The position numbers and the translations under genes are program-made. A DNA stretch of 64,000 bases from Candidatus Moraniibacteriota bacterium (lineage in GTDB: Bacteria; Patescibacteriota; Minisyncoccia; Moranbacterales; UBA1568): the NCBI GenBank assembly GCA_028688415.1, contig JAQTYF010000001.1:272627-336626 (forward strand), in the 5' to 3' direction. Below the pieces are notes generated by a model. The model had not been told where the DNA came from. It searched no databases and was given only the letters and a program-made list of their open reading frames with translations. Positions 18,631 to 28,301 of the stretch are shown piece after piece; position 1 is the stretch's first letter, and each line of letters starts with the position of its first letter.

Positions 18631-20079
18631 ATGAAGACAACAAGACTCATCACAACTTTCTTCCTCTTTTTTCTTTTTCTGATTCCATTGCAGACGATTT
18701 TTTTCTTGCGCGAGCCTTTTATTGGTGGAGAAAAATGGCAGTACGGAACGATTGGATTGTATGGTACGGATATTCTTCTTTTATTTTTAATTATTTTATC
18801 CGCCACTGCTTATTGGAAAAGGAATATTGATTTACGATTTATGATTTATAAATGGAGACCATCTTTTCAGTTTCTTATTCTTAAATCAAAAATCAAAAAT
18901 CATATATCAGAAACATTACTTGGAATGTTTCTTCTGTGGGTGGGGCTCTCGATCTTCTGGGCGGGAGATCAGATACTTGCTCTGTACTTTTTCGTGAAGT
19001 TGCTACTAGCAGTGGGACTTTTTGCTTTTGTCCGATCGAGAGAGATAGATGTAAAGAAAATAGTATGGGTGCTCATACTTCTAGGTGTACTACAGAGCGG
19101 AATCGGCATAGCGCAGTTTCTTGGTCAAAAATCGATAGAATCATCAATTCTTGGTATGAGCAGTTACGATGCCTATCAGGCAGGCTCTTCAGTGCTTAAA
19201 ATCGATTCAGGGAGGTTTTTACGTGCTTATGGCACTTTTCCTCATCCTAATATGCTTGGTGGGTTCCTTGGGGTGATTCTTGTGCTTGGTATAGCCTATT
19301 ATGTGCTTTTTATACGCTACGTAAGATCGTGGGGAATGGCACGCGATATTCTCTTTCTTTTGACCAGTATCATCGTGATTTTCCTCGGACTTCTCCTCAC
19401 TTTTTCGCGATCAGCGTGGCTCGGAGTGGGAGTGGGTATTTTCGTACTTGGCATCGTCGTGTTCCTTCAAAAAGAATGGGATGTCCGAATACGATTTTTC
19501 AAAATACTCATAGCGCTGGGACTCGCAGTCACTGTCTTTGGTTCTCTTCTCTCAGAACAAATCTTGCCGAGATTCGATACGGTAACGATAGAACGTGAGG
19601 GTTCGGTGACCGAACGAGTACAATCATTCCGTGATGCAAGCGTGGTCATCGGAGAAGGGAATGTCCTTCTTGGAACAGGAGCAGGAAATTTCACAGCACG
19701 CATGATCTCACTTCAGCCAGAGCGACCCATCTGGAGTATTCAGCCGGTTCACAATGTATTTGTACTGGTATTCACAGAACTCGGACTTGTTGGGTTTGTA
19801 CTGTTTCTTTTCTTTTTATTTTCACTCATAAAAAATTTCATTGCCGGACTTGACTTGAGACTTCAGAGAGCGTCAAAAAGCCTAGATTCCCGACTACTCG
19901 GGGATGACACAAGCGAGAACCTTATTATAAAAAAAGAAAATATACTCTTTGGTATTGCATTACTTGTTCTTATTCCGAGTCTCTTCCTTGATCACTTCTT
20001 GTGGTCATCACATTTCGGACTTCTCTTTTTCTTTCTTCTTCTCGGTTTGTCACAAATGAAAGAGGAGAAAATTCTTTAG
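18631..20079 (+). CDS. O-antigen ligase / Wzy-like polymerase family membrane protein
   Basis: About 12 TM helices and a FSRSAWLGVGVG loop resembling the Wzy_C/O-antigen-ligase signature. Confidence 0.7.
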   Translation: MKTTRLITTFFLFFLFLIPLQTIFFLREPFIGGEKWQYGTIGLYGTDILLLFLIILSATAYWKRNIDLRFMIYKWRPSFQFLILKSKIKNHISETLLGMFLLWVGLSIFWAGDQILALYFFVKLLLAVGLFAFVRSREIDVKKIVWVLILLGVLQSGIGIAQFLGQKSIESSILGMSSYDAYQAGSSVLKIDSGRFLRAYGTFPHPNMLGGFLGVILVLGIAYYVLFIRYVRSWGMARDILFLLTSIIVIFLGLLLTFSRSAWLGVGVGIFVLGIVVFLQKEWDVRIRFFKILIALGLAVTVFGSLLSEQILPRFDTVTIEREGSVTERVQSFRDASVVIGEGNVLLGTGAGNFTARMISLQPERPIWSIQPVHNVFVLVFTELGLVGFVLFLFFLFSLIKNFIAGLDLRLQRASKSLDSRLLGDDTSENLIIKKENILFGIALLVLIPSLFLDHFLWSSHFGLLFFFLLLGLSQMKEEKIL

Positions 20080-20510
20080 AAACCAGATTCGCTATAGAAG
20101 ACGCCTCGTATTGAACATTCGATAGCTTGGCGAAGATAGGGAATAATATTTTTTGGAAGATCATTTAGAGGGAACCAAGAGAGATGATCGCATTTTTCGG
20201 GTTCTTTATTTTCGAGTGTCCCTTTCCATTCGTTTGCGCTGAAATAGACATCAACATATTCTCTTTCAGGTGTTTTTCGATGCATAATATGTGAGACTTT
20301 TAAGCGATCTTCTATGAGGGTTATGCCTGTTTCTTCTTCTACTTCTCGGATCAGTGCTTGAGTGAAAGTCTCATTGGGTTCGACATGTCCCGCGGGAACT
20401 GAATATTTTCCGTCTTCAAATCCAGTTTGAAATCGGCGAGAAAGGAGCACCTGTCCATCTTTTATAAGAAGGATGTACGAAGCAGTGAAAGTATGTGGGG
20501 TTCTTGACAT
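20076..20510 (-). CDS. NUDIX hydrolase
   Basis: Nudix box AGHVEPNETFTQALIREVEEETGI (G-x5-E-x7-REUxEExGU). Confidence 0.88.
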   Translation of the reverse strand: MSRTPHTFTASYILLIKDGQVLLSRRFQTGFEDGKYSVPAGHVEPNETFTQALIREVEEETGITLIEDRLKVSHIMHRKTPEREYVDVYFSANEWKGTLENKEPEKCDHLSWFPLNDLPKNIIPYLRQAIECSIRGVFYSESGF

Positions 20511-20548
20511 AATGTTTCTCTTATTGCACCTTTTATCTTGTGTCTGTT

Positions 20549-22072
20549 CTAATACATAATCACCGATATTGGTTGCAGTTTGACAACGGGTTTCACGATA
20601 TGATTTTCTGTGACACTTGCGATGACATCTTCTGCACGTTTGTAGTGTGATGAATCTTGTTCGATGACTTTGGATGAACGACCGTTATAAAGTTTCACGC
20701 CTTTGGTCGCGAGTTTTTTCTTGAGCTCTTCCTTGGTTTCAGGTACGACAGAATCAGTTTTTTCTGCTGATTTTCCTGCGCCATGATTGCAGGAATAGAA
20801 ACTCGATTCATTGCCATCGGTACCGACACAGAGATAGGCCTCAGTACTCATCGATGTCGGGATGAATGCTGGCTCACCGGTCTCTCGGAAGAGGGGGTGG
20901 GAAGACATCTTGCTCGGGCCATAGGCACGGCTCGTACCGTTTCGATGCACCCAGAGATTCTTCCTGTAATGCTCTTCCTGTGAGACGAGGATATGTGGCA
21001 TGTCGTAGAGAAGGTCCATCTCGATATCCCGTCCGAGTACACGTCGAGCTGTCTTTGCGACGTTGTGTGTGATGACGGCACGATTCGCATGGGCAAAGTT
21101 CGAGCAGGCGTTGCGAGCATCCATATAGAGCTTGCCATCCTCCCCATCTCCATCAAAAGTGATGAGTGGCTCTTGTTTCCCAAAATCAGAAGCGCGAATC
21201 TTATCAGCGATACGATTCACAATTTTCTTATATGGAGTCATCCAAAAGAAACGACCGATATTCATGAGAATAGCCGTCGAAAAATGTTCACGTTTTTTGG
21301 CAGTGTACATGTACATCGTGTATTGACCGAGGATACCGGATCCGCAGTGAATCATAAAAAGGTACTGACCTTTGCGAAGACCGAATTTTTGTGCGGTTTC
21401 TGGATCGAGTGTATCAGTCACTTTCATCAGATCGAGGAAATGATTGCCAGCTGCTCCGAGTACGCCTGATCGAAATTGAGCAAAGAAAAGAAAGAGTTTT
21501 GGGAGGATGTGAAAGATATCTTTTCGTGATTTTTCCTTTGTGAAAAAGTTTCCACGATCGAGAGAATTGAGTGCTTCATTCTTGGTCTCTATGCCAAGAT
21601 ACTCAATAAGCGGAGCGATACCTGACCTGCAAATATCGACGATGACACGGAATGGGAGATACGTACCGACAAGTTTTTTGGTTGGGACGGTTTCTGTGAG
21701 TGCTCGGAACAGTTTCTCGATTTCTTCGGGGGTGATGTTGGTATCATCGAAATTGGTACGGACGAGACGCATACCACAAGCTGGATCACTATCATTCAAC
21801 TGTGGAAGAATATATTTTTCAGAAGTGACGGTCGTACCAGTGGCATTCTTGCGTCCCGGTTTGCTGTGGACATCAGCCATTGCAGCAATGTGATGAAATA
21901 CAGCGTCGTTACTTGCGACGCTCTCGAGCTGTGTCTGAGTCGATACTTCAGGAAGGAGTGCGTCTTGCACATGGAACACGACAGGAACCTTCATCTTGTC
22001 TGTTTTGAATTCGCTTTTGTAAGGAGATATTTTAGTGATATTTTTTTCGAACATATTTTCTTTAAAACACAA
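20549..22072 (-). CDS. rtcB: RtcB-family RNA-splicing ligase (3'-phosphate/5'-OH RNA ligase), long form
   Basis: Carries IAAMADVHSKPG (compare E. coli MPDVHLGKG), DPACGM (compare DIGCGM), MIHCGSG (compare MLHSGSRG) and SCNHGAGK (compare SCSHGAGR). At 507 aa it has insertions. A start at M7 is also possible. Confidence 0.8.
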   Translation of the reverse strand: MCFKENMFEKNITKISPYKSEFKTDKMKVPVVFHVQDALLPEVSTQTQLESVASNDAVFHHIAAMADVHSKPGRKNATGTTVTSEKYILPQLNDSDPACGMRLVRTNFDDTNITPEEIEKLFRALTETVPTKKLVGTYLPFRVIVDICRSGIAPLIEYLGIETKNEALNSLDRGNFFTKEKSRKDIFHILPKLFLFFAQFRSGVLGAAGNHFLDLMKVTDTLDPETAQKFGLRKGQYLFMIHCGSGILGQYTMYMYTAKKREHFSTAILMNIGRFFWMTPYKKIVNRIADKIRASDFGKQEPLITFDGDGEDGKLYMDARNACSNFAHANRAVITHNVAKTARRVLGRDIEMDLLYDMPHILVSQEEHYRKNLWVHRNGTSRAYGPSKMSSHPLFRETGEPAFIPTSMSTEAYLCVGTDGNESSFYSCNHGAGKSAEKTDSVVPETKEELKKKLATKGVKLYNGRSSKVIEQDSSHYKRAEDVIASVTENHIVKPVVKLQPISVIMY

Positions 22073-22081
22073 TTATCAAAT

Positions 22082-22176
22082 CACAAAGGCCAAACAAAAC
22101 ACAAGGAGCAATCTATAAATCACAAACAAATGTATATTTTGAGTTTTGTACTCTGTGTTTTGTTTGGCCTTTGTGT
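22082..22176. repeat. long hairpin: 22-bp perfect inverted repeat (cacaaaggccaaacaaaacaca … tgtgttttgtttggcctttgtg) with ~51-nt loop
   Basis: Read directly. Located between the GT4 stop (22199) and the rtcB start (22072). Confidence 0.85.
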
Positions 22177-22198
22177 TCTGAGTTTTGTGCTTCTTCGT

Positions 22199-23314
22199 CT
22201 ATAACGAAGAGTAGATTTTTTCGTACTGTGTAGCAGTGTTTCGGAGGTCAAAATGCTCCTCGACAAACTTTCTGGCATTTACTCCAAGACGTTTTCTTTC
22301 TGCCTCATTGTCTCTCAAATAAGCCAAAGATTTCATCAATTCTTTTCCTGAATCTTTGGGAATAGTAACACAAATATCGTTGTTTGCAAACTCGAGAAAC
22401 TGAGGAAGATCAGAAAGAATCACTGGTTTCGCACACGCGTATGCCTCGATAATGATGAGTGGCACATCAAATTTCCCTTGGAGATTCCCTACAGGGAAAA
22501 CAATGACATCGCTCGAATTGTAGAGGCTCGGCATATCAGAAATCGTATCAGAGAAAGCGATGTAATCGAGGAGTCCTGCTTTCGCAAATCTTTGATGGAT
22601 AGATTGCTTCTTTTCCGCATCAGATTCATTTTTCACACGACAAGCGAAAACGAATCGAATATCTGTTTCTCTGTTTTTTTCGAAGAAATCAAGAAGTGTC
22701 TCAGTCAGCATATCAGTTGCGCCAAGACGTGTGTACTCACCTGGATACATGACAACAAAATCTTTCATAGAAAGACCGAGCTCTGTCAGTATCGCTTCAT
22801 TTTTCGTCTGTGGTTGGTAGCGGTTGAGATCGATGCCCGGATAGATACGTGTCACATTGTGAAATCCGAGCGCTGTCAATTTTGCTTTGGTACGATCCGT
22901 ATAGACGACGAGCTGATCAGCAAAGAGCAGTTTCTTCAATTGACGAGGCGAATAGATGTCATCACGGAGCGTAGCAATCGTCTGAATGGTTTTCTTGGAT
23001 GGTCTGGCGAACCATCGAATAAGACGTGTGTTTTGCATCGTAGGAGTGAAGAGATAGTGCGTGATATCAAATATCTTTCGAGTTTTACGAAGATAGGAAA
23101 AAAGATTCTTTTTGGCAGAAAAATCAAAGTGACCGCTCGTAAAAATTGGTTCCGTGTGGACACTATCAGGTAAATCAATAAGAGGGGTTTTTGTCGTAAG
23201 AAGGGTGAGGGTATGATTCTTTACTTCTTTACCGAGAAAATACGCAAAATTTTTGGAAGCCTCGTCCCATGGAGGAACGAGAGGACGAGTAGCGAGTAAT
23301 ACTTCTTTGGACAT
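22199..23314 (-). CDS. GT4 (group 1) glycosyltransferase
   Basis: C-terminal GT4 core …IIEAYACAKPVILSDLP…; 371 aa. Confidence 0.8.
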   Translation of the reverse strand: MSKEVLLATRPLVPPWDEASKNFAYFLGKEVKNHTLTLLTTKTPLIDLPDSVHTEPIFTSGHFDFSAKKNLFSYLRKTRKIFDITHYLFTPTMQNTRLIRWFARPSKKTIQTIATLRDDIYSPRQLKKLLFADQLVVYTDRTKAKLTALGFHNVTRIYPGIDLNRYQPQTKNEAILTELGLSMKDFVVMYPGEYTRLGATDMLTETLLDFFEKNRETDIRFVFACRVKNESDAEKKQSIHQRFAKAGLLDYIAFSDTISDMPSLYNSSDVIVFPVGNLQGKFDVPLIIIEAYACAKPVILSDLPQFLEFANNDICVTIPKDSGKELMKSLAYLRDNEAERKRLGVNARKFVEEHFDLRNTATQYEKIYSSL

Positions 23315-23358
23315 AAAATTTATTTTTTATTAAAACACGATAATCAATTCGCCATTCT

Positions 23359-23712
23359 TTACCGATAGATTTCTTTCGTTTCTGTACCATCAGTTACCAT
23401 GATACGTACTCGCTCGGGTTGTTGTTTGATGGAGGGGATACGCACAATGGTTTTTTCTTTGAATTTTGCTGTAAAAGTATCTTTCAAAATAATTTCTTTG
23501 CCAACGCTCACTTCATACGAAAAATCTTTTTTATCACTGTGATTTTCTACAAAAAAATCAATTTTTTCATCCTGATCAAGTGATACAAAGGCCAGTACCC
23601 ACCAATTTTTTTCTTCGTCAGGATCAAGTCCGCGCTGATTCTGTCCAAAAAGAAAGAGTGTGCTCAAAAAGAAGAGGGCAAGCGAAATGGAAAGTATTTT
23701 TTTCTGTGACAT
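23359..23712 (-). CDS. small secreted/membrane-anchored hypothetical protein
   Basis: Has the signal-like N-terminus MSQKKILSISLALFFLSTLFLFG. Its start at 23712 abuts the upstream gene stop at 23717, so it is probably co-transcribed. Confidence 0.5.
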   Translation of the reverse strand: MSQKKILSISLALFFLSTLFLFGQNQRGLDPDEEKNWWVLAFVSLDQDEKIDFFVENHSDKKDFSYEVSVGKEIILKDTFTAKFKEKTIVRIPSIKQQPERVRIMVTDGTETKEIYR

Positions 23713-23716
23713 AGAG

Positions 23717-25684
23717 TTATTTACGTTCATAAATATGAATATCATCTGAAGCATATATTCGAGAGAATTCTGTTGACTTCTCAAATTGAGCAGTATCGAA
23801 ACGAGGATTGATAACAACAAAACGTACAGAAAGATCGGAATAACATTTTTTCCCAGCTACTGTGTTTGGTACAGAGATCATCAGTGATGTGCATTGTTCA
23901 CGATTGGGATTGTCTTCATAGCGTTTGAAATAACCGCGTGATAATGGATATGCATAGTCACGGACGAAAAAAAGCTTCATCCAAGAATCAGCGGTGATGT
24001 AGTTGTGATCTTTTACGACGATATCGTCAGCAGTACTATTGGTAGCGAGGAAGCGTGAAGCGTTGAATGTCTGAAGCACGCCCAATGCTTTGTCTTTCGG
24101 GAGAAGTGTTTGATTGTTATCAAAGGAGCCGTCTGCAGTCACGAAAACAAAAAATGTAGCGCTTATCAGAAGTATGAATATACTCGGAAGTCGAAAATGA
24201 GAAGTAGAACCTCGGAGCGTAGCAAAGAAAGCAACGGCAGAAAATGCTGTCAAAAGACCGAGAGGAAACGAAAGATATGTCACGATACGATTAGACGGAA
24301 TATTGATAAAGAGCCATTCCGGATGAAAAGAAAGTATCAGAAGAATGGTAAACCATCCGAGAAGAAGTGCGAAAGCGTAGCGTCTGTATGCACGAAGAAG
24401 AATAAAAAGAAGAACGCCGGAAAAAGCGATTGCGACGCGTGCCTGACCAGTGGCGTTATCGATTTGGAGCAAGGATAATCCTGTTCGAGTGGATTTGGTA
24501 GGTGTCCCGAGTGCCGTGCCGACAGCGTTTGTCTCTATATATGTCGGCATCGCAATGCCAAAAAAGAAGATGATACAGAAAAGAAGTGTCAGTATCGGAG
24601 CTGGTTTTGCAAAGAGTCTCCACCAAGAAAAGAGTACGGCTGTTATCTTTTCATAATGAGCAATGCTATAGACAAAAAGAGCAGCGAAGAGACCGAAGAA
24701 AAGAATAAGTGTGCTCAAATGATGAGTGTACGCAAGTGTAAAAATCAAGAAAAGCGCAAGAGCGAGAAATGAAGATTGTTTTTCTTTTAGTGCTCGAAAG
24801 AGTGCGAGGAAAATAAGCGGAATAAAAAAGTTGCCAATGACGTTTCCTACAACACCACCTGAAACGAATTTGGCTTCAGGTGAAGCAAGTGTATAGAGCG
24901 GACCAAATAAGAAAAGTGTCATGAGAGCAATATTCTGAGGAGTGAAGACTTGGTGAGAAAGAAATGCGTTCTTCATTCCTGCTGAAAAACGTAGTGCGAG
25001 CATCACCAGAGTCAGTAGACTCAGTATGTTGATAAAAAAGAGAAAAAGCACAGGAAACGCTGAGAAAAAATCAAGTCCGACAAACATATTGATTGCTGAG
25101 AAAGGAAGATGTTCACCGATAATAAAATCTGCTATTGGTTGTGGGTCAGTCAGCATGTATGTACCGAGGACATTGGTTTCGATACCTTGTTTCGCATAAA
25201 ACGGGAGAGATTCTGTAAGAGCGATAGACTGAGACCAATACATATGATGACCGAGATCGGTAGCTGTCGGTAATACCGCATCTGTCAAATAAATTGTTTT
25301 AATAAAAATCGTCAGTCCAAAAATAATCACGAAAAGCCATCCTTGTTGTTTGCTGAAAGAAGGAATTTTTTGTATTTTAGCTACGACATCTTGCTCACTC
25401 TTTCTGCTTCTTCGATTTATGAGACGGGATATACTCATCACAACACCAAGACAAACAAAGATACCAAGTAAAAGAGAAAATATATTGAGGTGAATATGCC
25501 AAGTACCAAGTGCAATCAAGAGGAAATCTATCATTCCTATGCTGATTCCAAAAGAAAAAAGAAGCGATTCAAGAGAAGTGTATATCGTTTTACCCCAGAT
25601 GAGACGAAGAAGTATCCATCCTGGAAGAAAGAAGAGTATTCCTAGTGCAATAAAAAAAAGTAATGTATCACCCAAAGAAGTCAT
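23717..25684 (-). CDS. large polytopic membrane protein, possibly GT-C/YfhO-like
   Basis: A 655-aa protein with at least 14 predicted TM helices and no soluble catalytic motif recognised. Its context is a glycosylation island. Confidence 0.55.
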   Translation of the reverse strand: MTSLGDTLLFFIALGILFFLPGWILLRLIWGKTIYTSLESLLFSFGISIGMIDFLLIALGTWHIHLNIFSLLLGIFVCLGVVMSISRLINRRSRKSEQDVVAKIQKIPSFSKQQGWLFVIIFGLTIFIKTIYLTDAVLPTATDLGHHMYWSQSIALTESLPFYAKQGIETNVLGTYMLTDPQPIADFIIGEHLPFSAINMFVGLDFFSAFPVLFLFFINILSLLTLVMLALRFSAGMKNAFLSHQVFTPQNIALMTLFLFGPLYTLASPEAKFVSGGVVGNVIGNFFIPLIFLALFRALKEKQSSFLALALFLIFTLAYTHHLSTLILFFGLFAALFVYSIAHYEKITAVLFSWWRLFAKPAPILTLLFCIIFFFGIAMPTYIETNAVGTALGTPTKSTRTGLSLLQIDNATGQARVAIAFSGVLLFILLRAYRRYAFALLLGWFTILLILSFHPEWLFINIPSNRIVTYLSFPLGLLTAFSAVAFFATLRGSTSHFRLPSIFILLISATFFVFVTADGSFDNNQTLLPKDKALGVLQTFNASRFLATNSTADDIVVKDHNYITADSWMKLFFVRDYAYPLSRGYFKRYEDNPNREQCTSLMISVPNTVAGKKCYSDLSVRFVVINPRFDTAQFEKSTEFSRIYASDDIHIYERK

Positions 25685-25692
25685 AATAAATC

Positions 25693-26766
25693 TTACTTAC
25701 AAATAAACTGTTCCAATGCTTTCACATAAGAACGTGCGATGATATTCCAATGATAGTGTGTTTTTGTATACTGACGTGCACGCATACCTATATCTTGTCG
25801 TTTCTCTGGATGATCAATAAGATCAATAAGAACGTTCTGAAAAGCTTCAGCGTGACCTGATTCTACCAGTATACCATTTTCATTGTGCGCGATAGCATCT
25901 TTCAGTCCCTCGATATTGGAAGCAACGACAGGACGACCACAGGCCGTAGCTTCGATCACTGCAATGCCAAATCCTTCCATATCTCCATCAATATGAATAT
26001 TGGGTTGGACAAAAATATCCACTGTATTCAAAAGAATATTGCGATCTGTATCAGAAACTCGTCCCAAAAGAAGTACGCGTCCCTCACTTTGTGTCTCTCG
26101 AATGGCACACTCAATATTTTCTCTCTCGATACCGTCACCGGAAACAACATAAAGAATAGAGGCGGGAAGTATCGGTATCACATTTCTTATGAACCATTCG
26201 ACTCCTTTACGTTTCGCCAATCGTCCCGCAGTAAGAAGAACAGTAGTTTCTGAAATATCTTTTCCAAGAAGTGTAGCGAGATCAGCACGAGTATATTCTT
26301 TACTGACAGATTCTACATCGACACCGTTTGGTATGACCACTATTTTTGTATCAGGAATATTTCTTTCGAGAGCAAGCGCATGAGTTTCTTTGCTTACCGC
26401 GATAAGTCCGTCGAGTGAAGGGAGAAAAGAAGAGACCCACCATTTTTGATAGAAAGAATTCTTATAGGTGAGATCGAGTCCATGTACGATAGAAATAACC
26501 GTTTTCCTGGGAAAAAATTTCTTGATAATAAAACCAACAAGTGCCAAAACTCCATCACCAAGAAGAATAATATCGTAGCGATGAGCAATGATGAGGGTTC
26601 GAAGAATAATATACGGAAAGAAGATTGGAAGAAATTTTTTCCCATACCGATTGGCAATTGTTTTCGTGTGAGAAAATTTCTGAAGCCATACAGAAAGCTC
26701 GTAATTCTGGTTTTCGATACCGCCCGTCACTGGTGGATAGGCTCGTGAGATGAATAAAATTCGCAT
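25693..26766 (-). CDS. GT4 (group 1) glycosyltransferase
   Basis: Begins MRILFISRAYPPVTGGIENQ and has the C-terminal stretch …FVQPNIHIDGDMEGFGIAVIEATACGRPVVAS. Confidence 0.88.
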   Translation of the reverse strand: MRILFISRAYPPVTGGIENQNYELSVWLQKFSHTKTIANRYGKKFLPIFFPYIILRTLIIAHRYDIILLGDGVLALVGFIIKKFFPRKTVISIVHGLDLTYKNSFYQKWWVSSFLPSLDGLIAVSKETHALALERNIPDTKIVVIPNGVDVESVSKEYTRADLATLLGKDISETTVLLTAGRLAKRKGVEWFIRNVIPILPASILYVVSGDGIERENIECAIRETQSEGRVLLLGRVSDTDRNILLNTVDIFVQPNIHIDGDMEGFGIAVIEATACGRPVVASNIEGLKDAIAHNENGILVESGHAEAFQNVLIDLIDHPEKRQDIGMRARQYTKTHYHWNIIARSYVKALEQFICK

Positions 26767-26776
26767 AGCGAACTCT

Positions 26777-26860
26777 TAATTTCTAATATCTAATTTCCAA
26801 TTTCTAATGAATACTGAAAAAAATGGAGGTTTATTTAGATATTAGATATTAGAACTTAGA
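26777..26860. repeat. imperfect palindromic 'tctaat/attaga' repeat element
   Basis: ttaatttctaatatctaatttccaatttctaat … ttagatattagatattagaacttagaaattt. The arms are reverse complements (ctaatatctaat versus attagatattag). Confidence 0.7.
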
Positions 26861-26863
26861 AAT

Positions 26864-27814
26864 TTATTTACGATATTTTTCGACACGCATACGATAGAGG
26901 ATTTCTTCGCTCAATATTCTCGATCCTTTGACCATATCAGCGATAAGACCAAAGATGACGAGTTGAAGTCCAATAAGAAAGAAGATAGCAGAAGCAAAAA
27001 GATAGTTTCTGTATGGAGCAATCTTCATATCTGGAAAATACAATCCAAGAAAAAGAACGAAAAGAATACATGCGAAAGTAATGAGTATTACTCCTGGAGT
27101 CGCGAAGAATTTCATTGGTCTTATATCGCGAAATGCCTTGATGATCACTCTCGTGCTGTTGTTGACATATTTCCAAATTGTTTTGACGACGCGTGATTTG
27201 CGATCTTCAAAATATGTCACTTCAACAGGTACCCAAAGCAATTTGAGATTTTTTCCTATAGCATCAATGATAGTTTCTTGAGTATAGGTAAATCCAGTAG
27301 GATCATTGAGTCGTAACAACGCTTCTCTATTGAGGGCACGAAATCCGCAGGTGAGATCTGTGACTGGTTTCCCGAGAGATTTACCAACAAGCCAAGAACC
27401 AAATCGATTCAATTTTTCTTTGATAAAAGGAATATTCTTGGCACTGATTTCTGAAAAACGATCGGCGATCACCATATCTGCCTTGTGAGCAAGGAGGGGA
27501 TCAATCATTTTTTGAATATCATTGGGATCGAATTGTCCATCAGCATCAATATTAACCAAAATATCCGCGCCATTCTCAAGGGCGCTTTCACGTGCAGTAC
27601 GAAACATTACTCCGAGACCATGATTGCCATCGTGAGAAACAATGATATCGGCATCAGCGAGACGAGCTTCTTCGACAGTACGATCAGTAGAACCATCATC
27701 GATTATTTGCACCAATACATCATCGATACCACGAAAAGTACGGGGAATTCTTTTGATAGTATTCCCTAATTTTATTTCTTCATTGAATGCCGGGAGATTA
27801 ACGATAAGTCGCAT
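26864..27814 (-). CDS. GT2 polyprenol-phosphate glycosyltransferase (GtrB/DPM1-like) with C-terminal TM helices
   Basis: Carries LPAFNEE…IIDDGSTDRT…NIDADGQ and two C-terminal TM helices. Confidence 0.85.
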   Translation of the reverse strand: MRLIVNLPAFNEEIKLGNTIKRIPRTFRGIDDVLVQIIDDGSTDRTVEEARLADADIIVSHDGNHGLGVMFRTARESALENGADILVNIDADGQFDPNDIQKMIDPLLAHKADMVIADRFSEISAKNIPFIKEKLNRFGSWLVGKSLGKPVTDLTCGFRALNREALLRLNDPTGFTYTQETIIDAIGKNLKLLWVPVEVTYFEDRKSRVVKTIWKYVNNSTRVIIKAFRDIRPMKFFATPGVILITFACILFVLFLGLYFPDMKIAPYRNYLFASAIFFLIGLQLVIFGLIADMVKGSRILSEEILYRMRVEKYRK

Positions 27815-27830
27815 AGATTCAATTTACAAT

Positions 27831-28046
27831 TTAAAGTTTTTGAATTTCTTTTAAGTCTCGATCAGGAAGATACAGTACGATAAGACCTATTATGACACCT
27901 CCAAAAGCAGTGATCATTGTATTGCCATCCAATAAGTATTTATCGACACCGTCTAAAATATGCCACACACCACGCCATATCAGTACGAGACCGATGACTA
28001 CTCCAAGGTTTTGGACGATATAGGACAATGTAAGTTTGTGTTCCAT
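27831..28046 (-). CDS. small two-TM membrane protein (hypothetical)
   Basis: 71 aa with two hydrophobic helices, tightly packed between genes. Confidence 0.4.
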   Translation of the reverse strand: MEHKLTLSYIVQNLGVVIGLVLIWRGVWHILDGVDKYLLDGNTMITAFGGVIIGLIVLYLPDRDLKEIQKL

Positions 28047-28049
28047 AAA

Positions 28050-28298
28050 TTACTTGGTTTTTTCTGATTTATTGATGAGGAGCTTAGGATCAACACACTG
28101 GAAATCACATTTTTCTTTTGCTCCCTGGATACCGCTTTGGATGAGGTCTTTCTGACATTGATTCAATTTTTCTTGGCAAGCAACTTTACGTTCAGAGAAA
28201 TAATTCTTATTCAATTCATATCCGACATAAGGCAATACAAAATACGCTATCGTAGCGACACCAGCCAACCAAATAATGAGTTTGATGAGTGAAAACAT
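28050..28298 (-). CDS. small N-terminally anchored Cys-containing protein (hypothetical)
   Basis: 82 aa with an N-terminal TM helix and 5 Cys in the C-terminal part. It starts 4 nt after the dehydrogenase stop. Confidence 0.4.
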   Translation of the reverse strand: MFSLIKLIIWLAGVATIAYFVLPYVGYELNKNYFSERKVACQEKLNQCQKDLIQSGIQGAKEKCDFQCVDPKLLINKSEKTK

Positions 28299-28301
28299 AC
28301 G

